DNA of 64,000 nt from assembly GCA_030824555.1 (NCBI GenBank), contig JAVBXK010000052.1:3059-67058 (forward strand), written 5' to 3'. The stretch comes from a bacterium. Its GTDB lineage: Bacteria; Pseudomonadota; Gammaproteobacteria; Burkholderiales; Burkholderiaceae_C. The position numbers and the translations under genes are program-made. Below the pieces are notes generated by a model. It was not told the origin of the DNA. It did not search any database and saw only the letters and a list, made by a program, of their open reading frames with translations. Positions 27,339 to 39,540 of the stretch are shown here, piece after piece. Position 1 is the stretch's first letter, and each line of letters starts with the position of its first letter.

Positions 27339-29489
27339 TCACGCCCGGGCAGCCGATGCCAGGGCGACCACATTGTCATGCCCAGGCCCACCGAAGGCCT
27401 GCTCTTTCAAAATGGCCAATTGATCGCGGACACGCGCCGCCTGCTCGAATTCCAGGTTGCGTGCGTGGTCCAGCATGACTTTCTCCAGTCGCTTGATCTC
27501 GCGGGAAATGTCTTTTTCAGTCATGGCCTCGGCGGCTTGACGTTGCTGGGTTTCCTGCGCCAGCTTCTCCGCATCCTGTCCGGCTTTTTCGCTGTAAACG
27601 CCATCAATCAGGTCTTTGATGCGCTTGGTCACCGTGCGCGGTGTGATGCCATTGGCCAGGTTGAACGCAATCTGCTTGGTGCGGCGGCGCTCGGTTTCGC
27701 CCATGGCGCGCTTCATTGAATCGGTGATGCGGTCGGCATACAAAATGGCCCGGCCATTCAGGTTGCGCGCCGCACGGCCAATGGTCTGAATGAGCGAGCG
27801 CTCAGAGCGCAAGAAGCCCTCTTTGTCGGCATCCAGAATGGCCACCAGAGACACCTCTGGGATGTCGATGCCCTCGCGCAGCAGGTTGATGCCCACCAGC
27901 ACGTCGAACGCACCCAGACGCAGGTCGCGCAAAATTTCCACACGCTCCACCGTGTCCACGTCGCTGTGGATGTAGCGCACCTTCACGCCGTTTTCGCCCA
28001 GGTAATCGGTCAGCTGCTCGGCCATGCGTTTGGTCAGCACGGTAATGAGCACACGCTCGTTTTTCTCCACCCGTATGCGAATTTCCTGCAACACGTCGTC
28101 CACCTGGTGGGTGGCGGGGCGCACGTCCACCTCGGGGTCAACCAGGCCGGTGGGGCGCACCAGCTGTTCCACCACCTGGCCGGTGTGGGTTTTTTCGTAA
28201 TCGGCGGGCGTGGCCGACACGAAGATAGTCTGGCGCATGCGCTGTTCAAACTCTTCCAGCTTCAGGGGCCGGTTGTCCAGCGCGCTGGGCAAGCGAAAGC
28301 CATATTCAACCAGCGTGGTTTTGCGGGCACGGTCGCCGTTGTACATGCCACCCAGCTGCCCGATCATGACGTGGCTTTCGTCCAGGAACATGAGCGAATT
28401 GGCGGGCATGTAGTCGGTCAGGGTGGACGGTGGCTCACCCGGTGCAGCCCCGCTCAGGTGGCGGGTGTAGTTTTCAATGCCCTTGCAGTGGCCCACCTCG
28501 CTCAGCATTTCCAAATCGAACCGGGTGCGCTGTTCAAGGCGTTGCGCCTCCACCAGCTTGCCCATGCCCACCAGCTCGGCCAGGCGGGTACGCAACTCCT
28601 CCTTGATGGTTTCCACCGCAGCCAGTACCTGCTCGCGCGGGGTGACGTAGTGGCTGCTGGGGTACACCGTGAAGCGCGGGATTTTCTGGCGGATGCGCCC
28701 GGTCAGCGGGTCGAACAGCATCAGCGCCTCGACCTCGTCATCGAACAGCTCGATGCGCACTGCCAACTCAGAGTGTTCAGCCGGAAACACATCAATGGTG
28801 TCGCCCCGCACGCGGAACTTGCCGCGTGAAAACTCCATGTCATTGCGCTGGTACTGCATGCGTACCAGTTGCGCAATGGCATCGCGCTGGCCCACTTTGT
28901 CGCCTACGCGCAGCGTCATCACCATCTGGTGGTAACTCTCGGGTTTGCCGATGCCGTAAATGGCTGACACGGTGGCCACGATGACTACATCTTTGCGCTC
29001 CAGCAGGCTTTTGGTGCAGCTCAGCCGCATCTGCTCGATGTGCTCGTTGATAGCGCTGTCCTTTTCAATGAACAGGTCGCGCTGCGGCACGTAGGCCTCT
29101 GGCTGGTAGTAGTCGTAGTAGCTGACGAAATACTCCACCGCGTTTTTGGGGAAAAACTCGCGGAACTCGCTGTAGAGCTGCGCGGCCAGCGTCTTGTTGG
29201 GTGCAAACACGATGGCCGGGCGACCCATGCGGGCAATCACATTGGCCATGGTGAACGTTTTGCCCGAACCGGTTACGCCCAGCAGGGTCTGGAACAGCTC
29301 GCCGTCGTTCAGGCCTTCTACCAGTTGGTCAATGGCAGTGGGCTGGTCACCGGCTGGTGGGTAGGGCTGAAACAGCTCAAAAGGCGAACCGTCAAATTGC
29401 ACGAAAACGCCTTGCGGAGCAGCCTCGGGCACAGCATCGGAAACGGGTGCAATGGGTGAGTCAACGGTCATCGGCGTGAGCAGGTTCAT
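27339..29489 (-). CDS. uvrB: Excinuclease ABC subunit B
   Basis: GVTGSGKTF Walker A, helicase motifs and a C-terminal UVR domain ([13 protein letters not shown]). The start is 29489 or 29471. Confidence 0.95.
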   Translation of the reverse strand: MNLLTPMTVDSPIAPVSDAVPEAAPQGVFVQFDGSPFELFQPYPPAGDQPTAIDQLVEGLNDGELFQTLLGVTGSGKTFTMANVIARMGRPAIVFAPNKTLAAQLYSEFREFFPKNAVEYFVSYYDYYQPEAYVPQRDLFIEKDSAINEHIEQMRLSCTKSLLERKDVVIVATVSAIYGIGKPESYHQMVMTLRVGDKVGQRDAIAQLVRMQYQRNDMEFSRGKFRVRGDTIDVFPAEHSELAVRIELFDDEVEALMLFDPLTGRIRQKIPRFTVYPSSHYVTPREQVLAAVETIKEELRTRLAELVGMGKLVEAQRLEQRTRFDLEMLSEVGHCKGIENYTRHLSGAAPGEPPSTLTDYMPANSLMFLDESHVMIGQLGGMYNGDRARKTTLVEYGFRLPSALDNRPLKLEEFEQRMRQTIFVSATPADYEKTHTGQVVEQLVRPTGLVDPEVDVRPATHQVDDVLQEIRIRVEKNERVLITVLTKRMAEQLTDYLGENGVKVRYIHSDVDTVERVEILRDLRLGAFDVLVGINLLREGIDIPEVSLVAILDADKEGFLRSERSLIQTIGRAARNLNGRAILYADRITDSMKRAMGETERRRTKQIAFNLANGITPRTVTKRIKDLIDGVYSEKAGQDAEKLAQETQQRQAAEAMTEKDISREIKRLEKVMLDHARNLEFEQAARVRDQLAILKEQAFGGPGHDNVVALASAARA

Positions 29490-29630
29490 TGGGGGTGCAG
29501 AAAAACGATACCGGATTGAAAGCGTCGAGCCGGTTCAGCCCGGTAAAATCCAGCACGCAACCGGCTAGCCTAACCCAGCTTGGGCCAGCGCGCAGCCCCT
29601 CACACTTTCAACTTTCACAGGACTGTTTTC

Positions 29631-30839
29631 ATGTCATTGTTTTCCGCTGTCGAAATGGCCCCCCGCGACCCCATCCTGGGTTTGAACGAGCAATACAACG
29701 CCGACACCAACCCCAACAAAGTCAACCTGGGCGTGGGCGTTTATTTCGATGACAACGGCAAACTGCCTCTGCTGCAGTGCGTGCAAGCCGCTGAAAAAAC
29801 CATGATGGAAAAGCCCACTCCCCGTGGCTACCTGCCAATTGACGGCATTGCTGCCTACGACGCCGCCGTCAAGGGCCTGGTGTTCGGTGCCGACTCTGAT
29901 GTCGTCACATCAGGCCGTGTGGCCACCGTGCAAGGCATCGGTGGAACCGGTGGTTTGAAAATCGGCGCTGACTTTCTGAAGAAACTCAGCCCGGCGGCCA
30001 AAGTGCTGATTTCCGACCCCAGCTGGGAAAACCACCGCGCCCTGTTCACCAACGCAGGCTTTGTGGTCGAAACTTACCCGTACTTTGACCAGAGCGCCAA
30101 CGGCGGCCTGGGCGGCATCAACTTCGACGGCATGCTGGCCGCGCTGAACGCAGCTGAAGCCGGCACCATCGTGCTGCTGCACGCCTGCTGCCACAACCCC
30201 ACCGGTTACGACATTTCCGCCGCCCAGTGGGACCAGGTCATTGCCGTGGTCAAGGCCCGCGAACTGACCGCATTCCTCGACATGGCTTACCAGGGCTTCG
30301 GCTACGGCATTGCCGAAGACGGTGCGGTCATCGGCAAGTTTGTGGCCGCCGGCCTGAACATTTTTGTGTCTACCAGCTTCTCCAAGAGCTTCAGCCTGTA
30401 CGGCGAGCGCGTGGGAGCCCTGAGCGTGGTGGGCAGCAGCAAAGAAGAAACCGACCGCGTGCTGAGCCAGCTGAAGATTGCCATCCGCACCAACTACTCC
30501 AACCCACCCACACACGGTGGCGCCATCGTGGCGGCGGTGTTGAACAACCCCGAACTGCGTGCCCAGTGGGAAGGCGAACTGGCTGAAATGCGCGTGCGCA
30601 TCAAGGCCATGCGCCAAAAGCTGGTCGATGGACTGAAGGCCGCTGGTGTGACCAAAGACATGAGCTTCATCACCACGCAGATCGGTATGTTCAGCTATTC
30701 GGGCCTGAGCAAAGACCAGATGGTTCGCCTGCGCTCCGAATTCGGCGTGTATGGCACCGACACCGGCCGCATGTGTGTCGCAGCACTGAACAGCAAAAAC
30801 ATCGACTACGTCTGCCAGGCGATTGCCAAGGTCATCTGA
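29631..30839 (+). CDS. Aromatic/aspartate aminotransferase (class I, TyrB/AspC type)
   Basis: MSLFSAVEMAPRDPILGL...NLGVGVY, SFSKSFSLYGERVG (PLP-binding Lys) and NYSNPP. Confidence 0.9.
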   Translation: MSLFSAVEMAPRDPILGLNEQYNADTNPNKVNLGVGVYFDDNGKLPLLQCVQAAEKTMMEKPTPRGYLPIDGIAAYDAAVKGLVFGADSDVVTSGRVATVQGIGGTGGLKIGADFLKKLSPAAKVLISDPSWENHRALFTNAGFVVETYPYFDQSANGGLGGINFDGMLAALNAAEAGTIVLLHACCHNPTGYDISAAQWDQVIAVVKARELTAFLDMAYQGFGYGIAEDGAVIGKFVAAGLNIFVSTSFSKSFSLYGERVGALSVVGSSKEETDRVLSQLKIAIRTNYSNPPTHGGAIVAAVLNNPELRAQWEGELAEMRVRIKAMRQKLVDGLKAAGVTKDMSFITTQIGMFSYSGLSKDQMVRLRSEFGVYGTDTGRMCVAALNSKNIDYVCQAIAKVI

Positions 30840-30844
30840 CCAGC

Positions 30845-30879
30845 GATTCAAGCTGATCCCTGATCAGGCAGCTTGAATC
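30845..30879 (+). terminator. 11-bp perfect inverted repeat after the aminotransferase gene (no T tract)
   Basis: GATTCAAGCTG-N13-CAGCTTGAATC begins 6 nt after the stop. Confidence 0.35.
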
Positions 30880-31022
30880 AGCCCAGCGCCCGTACCCATC
30901 GCAGCAGCCGGTTAGCAACTCCGGCTCAGCTGGTAAGCCCCAGGCAGGTATGTGACAGGTTGACAGCTCAGATGCGGCCAGCCCTGTTATATTGCACTGC
31001 AACATTTTTTCAGGATGACCCC

Positions 31023-32747
31023 ATGCTTTACCAAATTTACGATATGCAACGCTCCTTGATGGAGCCTTTCGCGGACTTGGCACTGACAGCATCCAAGGTA
31101 TTCACCAACCCCTTGATGCCCCTGAGTCACCTGCCCAATGCGCAGCGCATATCTGCCACCTACGACCTGATTCACCGCTTGGGCAAAGACTACGTCAAGC
31201 CCGAATTCGGTATCCGCTCGGTCGACGTGGACGGCGTGGAAGTGGCCATCCATGAACGCATTGAAATCGACAAGCCCTTCTGTGAACTGCGTCGTTTCAA
31301 GCGCTTTTCAGACGACACGGCCACCCTGGCGAAACTCAAGAACCAGCCAGCCGTGCTGGTCGTTGCCCCGCTGTCTGGCCACTACGCCACGCTGCTGCGC
31401 GACACTGTCAAGACCATGTTGAAAGACCACAAGGTCTACATCACCGACTGGAAGAATGCCCGTCTGGTGCCACTGGAAAATGGCGACTTTCACCTCGACG
31501 ACTACGTCAACCACGTGCAGGAATTCATTCGGCACCTGCAAAAACAGTATGGCAACTGCCACATCATGAGCGTGTGCCAGCCCACCGTACCGGTGCTGGC
31601 AGCCGTGTCGCTCATGGCCAGCCGTGGTGAAACCACACCGCTGTCCATGACCATGATGGGCGGCCCCATCGATGCCCGCAAGTCGCCCACAGCCGTGAAC
31701 GACCTGGCCACACAGCGCAGCATCGAATGGTTTGAAAACAACGTCATCTTCCGTGTGCCCAGCAGCTTCCCGGGTGCTGGCCGCCAGGTGTACCCAGGCT
31801 TTTTGCAACACACCGGCTTCGTGGCCATGAACCCCGATCACCACTTGGGCAGCCATTACGACTATTTCAAAGACTTGGTCAAAGGTGACAAGGAAAGCTC
31901 CGAGGCACACCGCAAGTTCTATGACGAGTACAACGCCGTGCTCGACATGGATGCCAACTACTACTTGCAAACCATTCAGACCGTGTTCCGCGAGTTCAAG
32001 CTGGTCAATGGCACATGGGATGTGCGCAACACCCAAGGCAAAGTTGAACGCGTTCGCCCACAGGACATCAAGACCACTGCACTGATGACCGTGGAGGGCG
32101 AATTGGACGACATTTCCGGCTCTGGGCAGACGGCAGCCGCCCACGACCTGTGTTCAGGCATCCCCAAGAACCAGCGCAAACACTATGAAGCCAAAGGCGC
32201 AGGCCATTACGGCATCTTCAGTGGCCGCCGCTGGCGCGAAATGGTGTACCCAGAGGTCAAGCAGTTCATCCTGCAGCATGCGCTCAAGGCAGGCAAAGCA
32301 CCTGTGGCACCGGTAGTAGCTGTGGCAGCCGCACCCAAAGCTGCCGCCGTGGCAACGGCCAAAGCAGTGAAACCTGCGGCCACCCAGCCTGCCGTCAAGA
32401 CAAAAGCTGCCACCGTTGCAAAACCTGCGGTCAAGTCCGCCGTGGTGGTGGCAACCCAAACACCCGCTGCGGCCAAACCGGTGAAAGCAGCTGTGGTTGC
32501 CCAACCTGCAGTCAAGGCAGCGACACCCCGGGTTGCGGCCAAGCCTGCAGTCAAAACGTCACCCGTGAAAACGGCTGCCGTGAAACCCGCCGAAGCCAAG
32601 CCTGCCGCACCAGTAGCAACTGCTGCGTCGGCGGCACCTGCTCCTGTGCCTGCAGTCCCTGCAGCACCAGCCATGGTCAGCGCACCGGCCGTGGTGCCTC
32701 CCGTCCCCGTCGTAGCCGACACCACAGGTGACAACGCCACCGTCTGA
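31023..32747 (+). CDS. phaZ: Intracellular poly(3-hydroxybutyrate) depolymerase (PhaZ1 type) with a 149-aa Ala/Lys/Pro/Val-rich C-terminal tail
   Basis: [16 protein letters not shown]..., [15 protein letters not shown] and [12 protein letters not shown] (catalytic Cys box) resemble the Cupriavidus PhaZ1 sequence as I remember it. Tail at 32298..32744. Confidence 0.88.
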   Translation: MLYQIYDMQRSLMEPFADLALTASKVFTNPLMPLSHLPNAQRISATYDLIHRLGKDYVKPEFGIRSVDVDGVEVAIHERIEIDKPFCELRRFKRFSDDTATLAKLKNQPAVLVVAPLSGHYATLLRDTVKTMLKDHKVYITDWKNARLVPLENGDFHLDDYVNHVQEFIRHLQKQYGNCHIMSVCQPTVPVLAAVSLMASRGETTPLSMTMMGGPIDARKSPTAVNDLATQRSIEWFENNVIFRVPSSFPGAGRQVYPGFLQHTGFVAMNPDHHLGSHYDYFKDLVKGDKESSEAHRKFYDEYNAVLDMDANYYLQTIQTVFREFKLVNGTWDVRNTQGKVERVRPQDIKTTALMTVEGELDDISGSGQTAAAHDLCSGIPKNQRKHYEAKGAGHYGIFSGRRWREMVYPEVKQFILQHALKAGKAPVAPVVAVAAAPKAAAVATAKAVKPAATQPAVKTKAATVAKPAVKSAVVVATQTPAAAKPVKAAVVAQPAVKAATPRVAAKPAVKTSPVKTAAVKPAEAKPAAPVATAASAAPAPVPAVPAAPAMVSAPAVVPPVPVVADTTGDNATV

Positions 32748-33420
32748 TGCGTTGTCAGCGCATCAGGATGCACTGACCGAGCGCATCCTGGCTGCGTTGC
32801 CACAGACCCAGTGCACCCGGTGCGGGTATCCGGATTGCCGGGGCTATGCCGAGGCGATTGTGGCGGGCCAGGCTGGCATCAACCAATGCCCACCCGGCGG
32901 CCAGGCTGGCGTGTTGCGCTTGGCCGACATCACGCAGCAGCCCAGCCTGCCTTTGAGTGCGGCACACGGCACAGAGTCACCACGCGCGGTGATGTGGATC
33001 GACGAAAACTGGTGCATCGGCTGCACGTTGTGCATCAAAGCCTGCCCGACTGATGCCATCGTGGGCACGAACAAGCGCATGCACACCGTCATCGAGCAGT
33101 GGTGCACCGGTTGCGAGCTGTGCCTGCCCGTTTGCCCTGTGGATTGCATCGAAACAGACAATGCATCGGGTCAGCGAACGGGTTGGGATGCTTGGACACC
33201 CGCTCAGGCCGACACGGCCCGCGAACGCTACCAGTTCAGAAGCATCAGACTCATATCAGAAGAGCGTGAACGTCTGAAAAAGCTTGAAAAACGTGCTATT
33301 GAAAAGCTCAGTGACCTGGCCACCCACTCACACCACACAGACCCGGTTGTGCTGGACAAGAAACGCCAGGTGATCGAAGCCGCGATTGCCAGGGCACGTG
33401 CCCGACAAGCCCAGGATTGA
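32728..33420 (+). CDS. RnfB/RsxB-like Fe-S ferredoxin
   Basis: N-terminal CTRCGYPDC...NQCPPGG cluster, then [12 protein letters not shown] and [12 protein letters not shown]. Start uncertain; the GTG at 32728 overlaps the phaZ end. Confidence 0.8.
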   Translation: MTTPPSDALSAHQDALTERILAALPQTQCTRCGYPDCRGYAEAIVAGQAGINQCPPGGQAGVLRLADITQQPSLPLSAAHGTESPRAVMWIDENWCIGCTLCIKACPTDAIVGTNKRMHTVIEQWCTGCELCLPVCPVDCIETDNASGQRTGWDAWTPAQADTARERYQFRSIRLISEERERLKKLEKRAIEKLSDLATHSHHTDPVVLDKKRQVIEAAIARARARQAQD

Positions 33421-33478
33421 TGCATCCCGCCAGTCACACAAATCACATTCTGCAAGCGCGCCAACAGCCTAAGTGGCT

Positions 33479-34534
33479 TCAATCGGCTGTGCCAGTTGGC
33501 TGCCACGTTGCCTTGCTGGCGTCCAGATCAAGTGCCGCCAGGCGGTACAGCTCGTCAGGCGTGGCTTCCTGCGTTTGGTCTGCAGTGCTGAGGCCCGTGA
33601 CCAATTCCAACCCGATCTGATGGCCACCATGTGCGCCCAGCGACACGGGACGCGAGCTGGCCGCAGTCGCATACCGCTCGGCCGCCAGCTTGGCCTGTTC
33701 GCGCGTGCATGGGTAGAGCACCGCCATGAACTCATCGCCGGACATGCGCCCCACCAACTCACTGCCGCGGGAACAACCGGCTAACCGGGCGGCCACTTCG
33801 CGCAGCACCTTGTCGCCCACCGTGTCACCGTAATTTTCATTGATGCGTTTGAACTGACGCAGGTCGATCAGCAGCACCGACAAGGGCTGGGCCTCGCGAC
33901 GCGCCAACGCCAGTGTTTTTTCGATGAACGACATCAGCGCGCGGCGGTTGGCCACTTGCGTGAGCGAATCTTGCGCCACGCTCTCCAGCAACCAGCCGTG
34001 AGCCTGTTCGAGCTCGGCATTCAGCGTCGTCATGTGCCGCACCGTGGTTTGCAGCGACATGTGGTCCATGGCCAGGCGGGCCATGGCCGTCAGGATGCGT
34101 GCTTCGTGGTCGGACAACTCGCGCGCGTGCGTGTCCATGACCGACAGCGCCCCCACGTTGTGTCCATCGGACGTGGTCAGCGCCACGCTGGCAAAAAAGC
34201 GCACCCCCAAGTTGCCCGCCACCCAAGGATGCGATGCCAGTGCGGGCTGGCTGCGGGCATCCGACGCCACCACAAAACCTTTGCCCACGATCTCATCCAC
34301 ACCCAGCCCACGGGGCTGAGCCAAGGCATCCGATGGCAGGCCCACGTGCGCCTTGTGCACCACCTGCGGGTCGTCGAACAACGCCAGCGTGACCATGGGC
34401 ACATTGAACGTCCAAGCGGCCAGCTCCACCAACTGGTCGAGCGTGGCATCGGGCGGGGCATCAACCCAGTTCAACTGCTGAAGGGCCTGCAATCGCGCGA
34501 TATCTGCCGAACCGGACGTGATGGAGAAACTCAT
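33479..34534 (-). CDS. GAF-domain diguanylate cyclase (GGDEF domain with SGDEF motif)
   Basis: N-terminal GAF-like region. The C-terminal GGDEF domain has RMSGDEFMAVL in place of GGDEF. Confidence 0.82.
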   Translation of the reverse strand: MSFSITSGSADIARLQALQQLNWVDAPPDATLDQLVELAAWTFNVPMVTLALFDDPQVVHKAHVGLPSDALAQPRGLGVDEIVGKGFVVASDARSQPALASHPWVAGNLGVRFFASVALTTSDGHNVGALSVMDTHARELSDHEARILTAMARLAMDHMSLQTTVRHMTTLNAELEQAHGWLLESVAQDSLTQVANRRALMSFIEKTLALARREAQPLSVLLIDLRQFKRINENYGDTVGDKVLREVAARLAGCSRGSELVGRMSGDEFMAVLYPCTREQAKLAAERYATAASSRPVSLGAHGGHQIGLELVTGLSTADQTQEATPDELYRLAALDLDASKATWQPTGTAD

Positions 34535-34659
34535 GAAGTGGGCGATGGATGTGGTGACAAGCTGCTCATTCTAGGGGGCTTGGCGGCTCCCACCGCCGAT
34601 GGCGACGGCAAACCCGTCATGCGCCTGCGATACACCACGTTGCCGCTCAAGCAGCGCCG

Positions 34660-36636
34660 TCAAACCACACGGAAATTGGCGATTTCTTGCTGCAGCACCT
34701 CGGCCTGTTCGCGAAGGGCGGATGCGGCTGCGGTCGTCTGCTCCACCAGTGAAGCGTTTTGCTGCGTGGTGCGGTCGAGCTCTTGAATGGACTGCCCGAC
34801 CTGCTCCACGCCCAAAGCCTGCTCCTGGGCGGACGTGGCAATTTCGCTCAGGTACACGTTGATCTGGCGGGCGTTGGCCACCACCTCGGTCATGGTGGCA
34901 CCTGCCCCCTGCACGACACGGGTACCAGCATCCACCTGCACGACACTTTCGCTGATCAGCGCCTTGATTTCCTTGGCCGCACCAGCGCTTCGCTGGGCAA
35001 GCTGGCGCACTTCACTGGCCACCACGGCAAACCCCCGACCAGCCTCGCCCGCACGCGCCGCTTCCACGGCCGCATTCAGCGCAAGGATGTTGGTCTGGAA
35101 CGCTATGCCGTCGATCACGCCGATGATGTCGTTGATCTTGGATGACGAAGCATGGATGCCCTGCATGGTGGCCACCACCTGCGAAATGACCTCGCCGCCC
35201 CGCTCTGCCACATGGGCGTTGTCTGATGCGAATTTGGCCGCCTGCTGGGCATGCGTGGCGGTGTTGCCCACGGTGGAAGCAATCTGCTCCATGGCCGATG
35301 CCTGTTGCTCCAATGCAGAAGCAGATGCTTCGGTTCGTGCAGCCAGATCGGCACTGCCCGATGCAATTTCGTTGCTGGCCGTGTGCAGCTCCCGCGCGCC
35401 GTGACGCACCTTGCGGATCAAGCCGTGCAAAGCCGTGTACGTCTGAGCCAGGTCCACCATGACACGCGCCGTTTCATCGCGCCCCCAGGGGGCCGCAGGC
35501 TCGTGACGCAAGTCACCACCGGACAAGTCCTCAAGGTGCTGGGCCAGTGTCGACAAACCGCCACTGGCCACCAGATAGAAGCAGTGAAACAGGTAACCCG
35601 TGCACAACAAGCCCAGCACCAGCACCACCGTGACCAGCGTTCGCTCGGCCGCCATGCCGTCTATGCGTTTGACCAGCAGTCCATCCAGTTCGTCCAGCAA
35701 GCGGGTGGCTACCGCAAATTGGTTGCCCACCGCTTTTTCGGAGGCAGCGAGCAGCGCGGGAGCGGCATCGGCCTGCGGGTCAACGTCAGCAAGCACGGTT
35801 TTGCGCGACAGGTTGAACAGTGCCTCTGCATCGGCCAACACCTCTGTTGACCGGACCTTGGCGGCCAGTGTGGCGTTGTTGGCGTAGGCCTTTGCCAGCC
35901 CGTCACGCATGTTGCGGAACTGGAACTCAGCGATGGCAACGGTTTCGATGAACAGTTGGCGCTGGGCCTGGGTGCCCTCGCCCCCCTTCAGGATCGACAA
36001 GCCCAGCCCTCGAAGCTTGTTGGACGCCTCGGCCATGTCGGGCAAGCGGAAGAACACCGCGTCCATCAAGTAGTAGCTGTCGATATCTGGGTCCAGCGTC
36101 AGGTTGGAGCCGTCTGTGGCTTGCATCAGCAGTGCATTGAGTGCATCCACATGTGCCGTGTGTGCCAGGAAAGTGTTTTCCAACCCCTTGGCCTGTTCTG
36201 CTGCTGACCACGCAGCCAATGCCGCTTTGTAAGCGTCCGCCGTGCTCAAGTCGGCACCCAGGCGCTTCTGGACATCTGCCAGGCGTGCCTGGCCTTGCTG
36301 CATACGCGATTGCAAGTCTGACAGGGCAGGCGTTGCCTGGCCGACTACCGCCGCGGCCGACGCCTCTCGCCGGTATTGCTGGGCCAGATCAAGCAACGGA
36401 ACGATCGCCCGGTTGTATTCGACACCCAAGCGCTCTTTGGCCGAAAACCCGATGTTGGCTTCCTTGTTCGCATAAAACGACCAGGCCAACCAGGTCAGCG
36501 GCACCAGAAAGGCCACGCAGATGATCACGGCCTTCAACGTGAACCCCACGTTGCCCAGCAACTGCATGCCCGGCGTCCACAGGCCATACGGTTGTGTCAC
36601 GGTGGGGCGTTGGTCGGTGCGGGCAGGCTTGTTCAT
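34660..36636 (-). CDS. Methyl-accepting chemotaxis protein
   Basis: Signalling hairpin [40 protein letters not shown]. An N-terminal TM segment precedes a large periplasmic domain and HAMP. The start is 36636 or 36681. Confidence 0.9.
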   Translation of the reverse strand: MNKPARTDQRPTVTQPYGLWTPGMQLLGNVGFTLKAVIICVAFLVPLTWLAWSFYANKEANIGFSAKERLGVEYNRAIVPLLDLAQQYRREASAAAVVGQATPALSDLQSRMQQGQARLADVQKRLGADLSTADAYKAALAAWSAAEQAKGLENTFLAHTAHVDALNALLMQATDGSNLTLDPDIDSYYLMDAVFFRLPDMAEASNKLRGLGLSILKGGEGTQAQRQLFIETVAIAEFQFRNMRDGLAKAYANNATLAAKVRSTEVLADAEALFNLSRKTVLADVDPQADAAPALLAASEKAVGNQFAVATRLLDELDGLLVKRIDGMAAERTLVTVVLVLGLLCTGYLFHCFYLVASGGLSTLAQHLEDLSGGDLRHEPAAPWGRDETARVMVDLAQTYTALHGLIRKVRHGARELHTASNEIASGSADLAARTEASASALEQQASAMEQIASTVGNTATHAQQAAKFASDNAHVAERGGEVISQVVATMQGIHASSSKINDIIGVIDGIAFQTNILALNAAVEAARAGEAGRGFAVVASEVRQLAQRSAGAAKEIKALISESVVQVDAGTRVVQGAGATMTEVVANARQINVYLSEIATSAQEQALGVEQVGQSIQELDRTTQQNASLVEQTTAAASALREQAEVLQQEIANFRVV

Positions 36637-36876
36637 ACGTGGGCAGGTCGGTGGATGTGATGAGTCGCACAACCTGTTCACGACACCATCAGACGCTCAC
36701 AGGGCAACCCGACAACAAGCAAAAAACATGCCTTATATGGTGCACAACCGCCATGAATAACCAACCAAAACGCCCTTGGATGCACAGTCATGACGCACAA
36801 GAAGCCAATGCGCGGCAGAGCACCAGCAAATGCGCACACACCTGGTGCGGCATCTCACGCCCCTCCGTGCGCACAT

Positions 36877-36914
36877 GAAAAAGCCCGGCAACGGAAACAT
36901 GTCCATTGCCGGGC
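36877..36914 (-). terminator. Rho-independent terminator ending the pcc-epimerase operon
   Basis: Minus strand GCCCGGCAA-N14-TTGCCGGGC followed by TTTTT, 28 nt after the epimerase stop. Confidence 0.75.
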
Positions 36915-36941
36915 TTCGCCGACGACTGCCGCGCCGCCTGA

Positions 36942-37436
36942 TCAGCCTGCGGGCTGGGCCGCCAACGCGGCAAATGCAGCCACTACTTCGGGGGGCGCCT
37001 GCACCAGCTCGATCAGCACGCCTTCGCCGCCGATGGGGAACTCATCGTTGCCTTTGGGGTGCAAAAACGTGATGTCAAAACCCGCCGCACCCTTGCGGAT
37101 GCCACCGGGCGCAAAGCGCACGCCTTGGGCCGCCAGCCACTCCACGGCCACGGGCAGGTTGTCGATCCACAGCCCGATGTGATTCAGCGGCGTGGTGTGC
37201 ACGGCAGGTTTTTTGTCAGGGTCCAGCGGCTGCATCAGATCGACCTCGACCTTGAACGGGCCGGTGCCGATGGCGCAGATGTCTTCGTCGACGTTTTCGC
37301 GCTCGGAGCGGAACGTGCCCGTCACTTCGAGTCCGAACATGTCCACCCACAGCTTTTGCAGCCGGGTTTTGCTGGGGCCACCGATGGCGATTTGCTGGAT
37401 GCCCAGCACCTTGAAAGGACGCTGGACGCTCATCAC
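36942..37436 (-). CDS. VOC/glyoxalase-fold protein, probable methylmalonyl-CoA epimerase
   Basis: 164 aa with VOC-fold composition. The start overlaps the pccA stop (GTGATGA). The function is assigned from operon context. Confidence 0.7.
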   Translation of the reverse strand: MMSVQRPFKVLGIQQIAIGGPSKTRLQKLWVDMFGLEVTGTFRSERENVDEDICAIGTGPFKVEVDLMQPLDPDKKPAVHTTPLNHIGLWIDNLPVAVEWLAAQGVRFAPGGIRKGAAGFDITFLHPKGNDEFPIGGEGVLIELVQAPPEVVAAFAALAAQPAG

Positions 37437-39508
37437 ACGAACTCCACGATGGGTTGGTCCACGCTCAAGCTTTCGCCCTTGGTGGCCAGCACCTTGCCGA
37501 CCACGCCGTCGGCGGTGGCGAACAGCACGTTTTCCATCTTCATGGCTTCGATCACGGCCACGCGCTCGCCAGCTTGCACCTTCTGACCAGGCTGCACAGC
37601 CACATCCACCAGCAAACCGGGCATGGGCGACAGCACGTAGCGGCTCATGTCGGGCGGGGCCTTGAAAGGCATCAAACGGTGCAACTCGGCCATGCGCGGG
37701 GACATGACCAGCGACTCGATCTTGGTGCCGTTGTGCTGCACCACCAACAACAGCGGGTTTTTGGCGGTGCCGCGCTCGATCTGCGCCGTGAAGGGCTGGC
37801 CATTGACCAAACCTTCAATGCGCACATCGTTCAAACGCGAGTGGCTTGAAATTTCGTAGCGAACACCGCCCGCAGTGATTGCGGCAGAGCCTTCTTTTTG
37901 CAAAGATTCTTCCACCGACACGTCCACATACTGATTCTCACCAGCGGCACCCAGTACCACCACGGTGTAGTTGCTGTCTCTTTTCACGTCGTAACCGCGC
38001 AGCTGGCCGCTGATGCCGGCTGCACGCTCACGGCTCTTGCGGCGAACGAACGCGGCCAGGGCCACCAGGAAGTTGGGGTCGCTGTGCGGCACGTCCTCGG
38101 CCTTGAAGCCCTGGCTGTACTGCTCGGCAATGAAGCCGGTGTTGAAGTTGCCCGACACGAAGCGTGGGTGTGCCAGCAACGCAGCCTGGAACGGGATGTT
38201 GCTGCTGATGCCGCGAATGACGAAGCCGTTGAGCGCCTCGCGCATTTTGGCAATAGCCTCGGTGCGGTCTTTGCCGTGCACGATGAGCTTGGCAATCATC
38301 GAGTCGTAGAACATGGGGATTTCACCGCCATCGACCACGCCGGTGTCGACGCGCACACCGCCGAATGCGCCGTTGGCATACGCCGCGCCTTGCAGCGTTT
38401 CCTCAGACTGGTGCAGGTCGGTGGCCGGTGGCTGAAAGCGCACCAGGCGCCCCGTGCTGGGCAGGAAGTTGCGGAAGGGGTCTTCGGCGTTGATTCGGCA
38501 CTCGATGGCCCAGCCTTCGCGCTTCACGTCAGCTTGCGTCAGCGGCAGTTTTTCACCCGCGGCCACGCGGATCATCAGCTCCACCAGGTCCAGCCCGGTG
38601 ATGCATTCCGTGACCGGGTGCTCCACCTGCAAGCGGGTGTTCATTTCCAGGAAGTAGAAGTCCTGGTTCTTGCCCACCACAAACTCCACCGTGCCGGCGC
38701 TTTCGTACTTCACGGCCTTGGCCAGGGCCACGGCCTGCTCGCCCATGGCTTTGCGGGTGGCTTCGCTGATGAAGGGAGACGGCGCCTCTTCAATCACCTT
38801 CTGGTGGCGGCGCTGGATGGAGCACTCGCGCTCGTTCAGGTACAGCACGTTGCCGTGGCTGTCGCCAATCAGCTGGATTTCGATGTGGCGGGGTTCTTCC
38901 ACAAACTTTTCGATGAACACGCGGTCATCACCAAAGCTGTTGCGTGCCTCGTTGCGGCAGCTGGTGAAGCCTTCAAACGCTTCCTTGTCGTTGAAGGCCA
39001 CGCGCAGGCCCTTGCCACCGCCGCCGGCGCTGGCCTTGATCATCACGGGGTAGCCAATGCCCTGGGCAATTTCAACGGCTTTTTCGGGCGTTTCGATGGC
39101 ATCGTTCACACCGGGGATGCAGTTCACGCCTGCGGCACCGGCGAGCTTTTTGGACTCGATCTTGTCGCCCATCTTGCCGATGGAGTAGTGCTTGGGGCCA
39201 ATGAAAATGATGCCCTCTTCTTCCACGCGCTTGGAAAATTCGGCGTTCTCGCTCAAAAAGCCGTAGCCAGGGTGCACGGCCTGCGCGCCGGTGGCCTTGC
39301 AGGCGGCAATGATTTTGTCGGCCAGCAAATAGCTTTCGCGGCTGGGTGCCGGGCCGATGTTGACGGCCTCGTCGGCCAGCTTGACGTGGCGGGCTTCCTT
39401 GTCGGCATCGGAGTAAACCGCCACGGTTTGGATGCCCATTTTGCGGGCGGTGGCAATGACGCGGCAGGCAATTTCGCCACGGTTGGCGATCAGGATTTTG
39501 GTAAACAT
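37433..39508 (-). CDS. pccA: Propionyl/acetyl-CoA carboxylase alpha subunit (biotin carboxylase plus BCCP)
   Basis: [17 protein letters not shown], an ATP-grasp domain, and the C-terminal biotinylation motif IEAMKMEN. Confidence 0.92.
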   Translation of the reverse strand: MFTKILIANRGEIACRVIATARKMGIQTVAVYSDADKEARHVKLADEAVNIGPAPSRESYLLADKIIAACKATGAQAVHPGYGFLSENAEFSKRVEEEGIIFIGPKHYSIGKMGDKIESKKLAGAAGVNCIPGVNDAIETPEKAVEIAQGIGYPVMIKASAGGGGKGLRVAFNDKEAFEGFTSCRNEARNSFGDDRVFIEKFVEEPRHIEIQLIGDSHGNVLYLNERECSIQRRHQKVIEEAPSPFISEATRKAMGEQAVALAKAVKYESAGTVEFVVGKNQDFYFLEMNTRLQVEHPVTECITGLDLVELMIRVAAGEKLPLTQADVKREGWAIECRINAEDPFRNFLPSTGRLVRFQPPATDLHQSEETLQGAAYANGAFGGVRVDTGVVDGGEIPMFYDSMIAKLIVHGKDRTEAIAKMREALNGFVIRGISSNIPFQAALLAHPRFVSGNFNTGFIAEQYSQGFKAEDVPHSDPNFLVALAAFVRRKSRERAAGISGQLRGYDVKRDSNYTVVVLGAAGENQYVDVSVEESLQKEGSAAITAGGVRYEISSHSRLNDVRIEGLVNGQPFTAQIERGTAKNPLLLVVQHNGTKIESLVMSPRMAELHRLMPFKAPPDMSRYVLSPMPGLLVDVAVQPGQKVQAGERVAVIEAMKMENVLFATADGVVGKVLATKGESLSVDQPIVEFV

Positions 39509-39540
39509 GTTCTTTGGCTCCTTGGGTAACGTCCGGGCGA

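Noticed and set aside
27140-27391. Upstream extensions of several ORFs: iscR to 27391, phaC to 61325, the LuxR gene to 57296, the TAXI gene to 52101, maiA to 63299, the AIM24 gene to 49080 and the mutase gene to 45227.
   Set aside because: Homology-type motifs begin at internal start codons, several of them preceded by AGGAG-type RBSs. The extensions cover promoters or terminators (for example the IscR box and the phaB terminator) or overlap neighbouring genes.
32298-32744. Periodic GC-rich DNA in the phaZ 3' region as a possible CRISPR array or non-coding tandem repeat.
   Set aside because: It lies in frame within one long ORF and encodes imperfect AKP-type peptide repeats. There is no constant-length repeat/spacer organisation.
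33479-36681. The GAF-GGDEF gene plus the MCP gene as a special signalling system.
   Set aside because: These are common stand-alone signalling genes separated by 125 bp, with no che or effector genes nearby. The only peculiarity is the SGDEF variant motif, which is noted in the feature entry.
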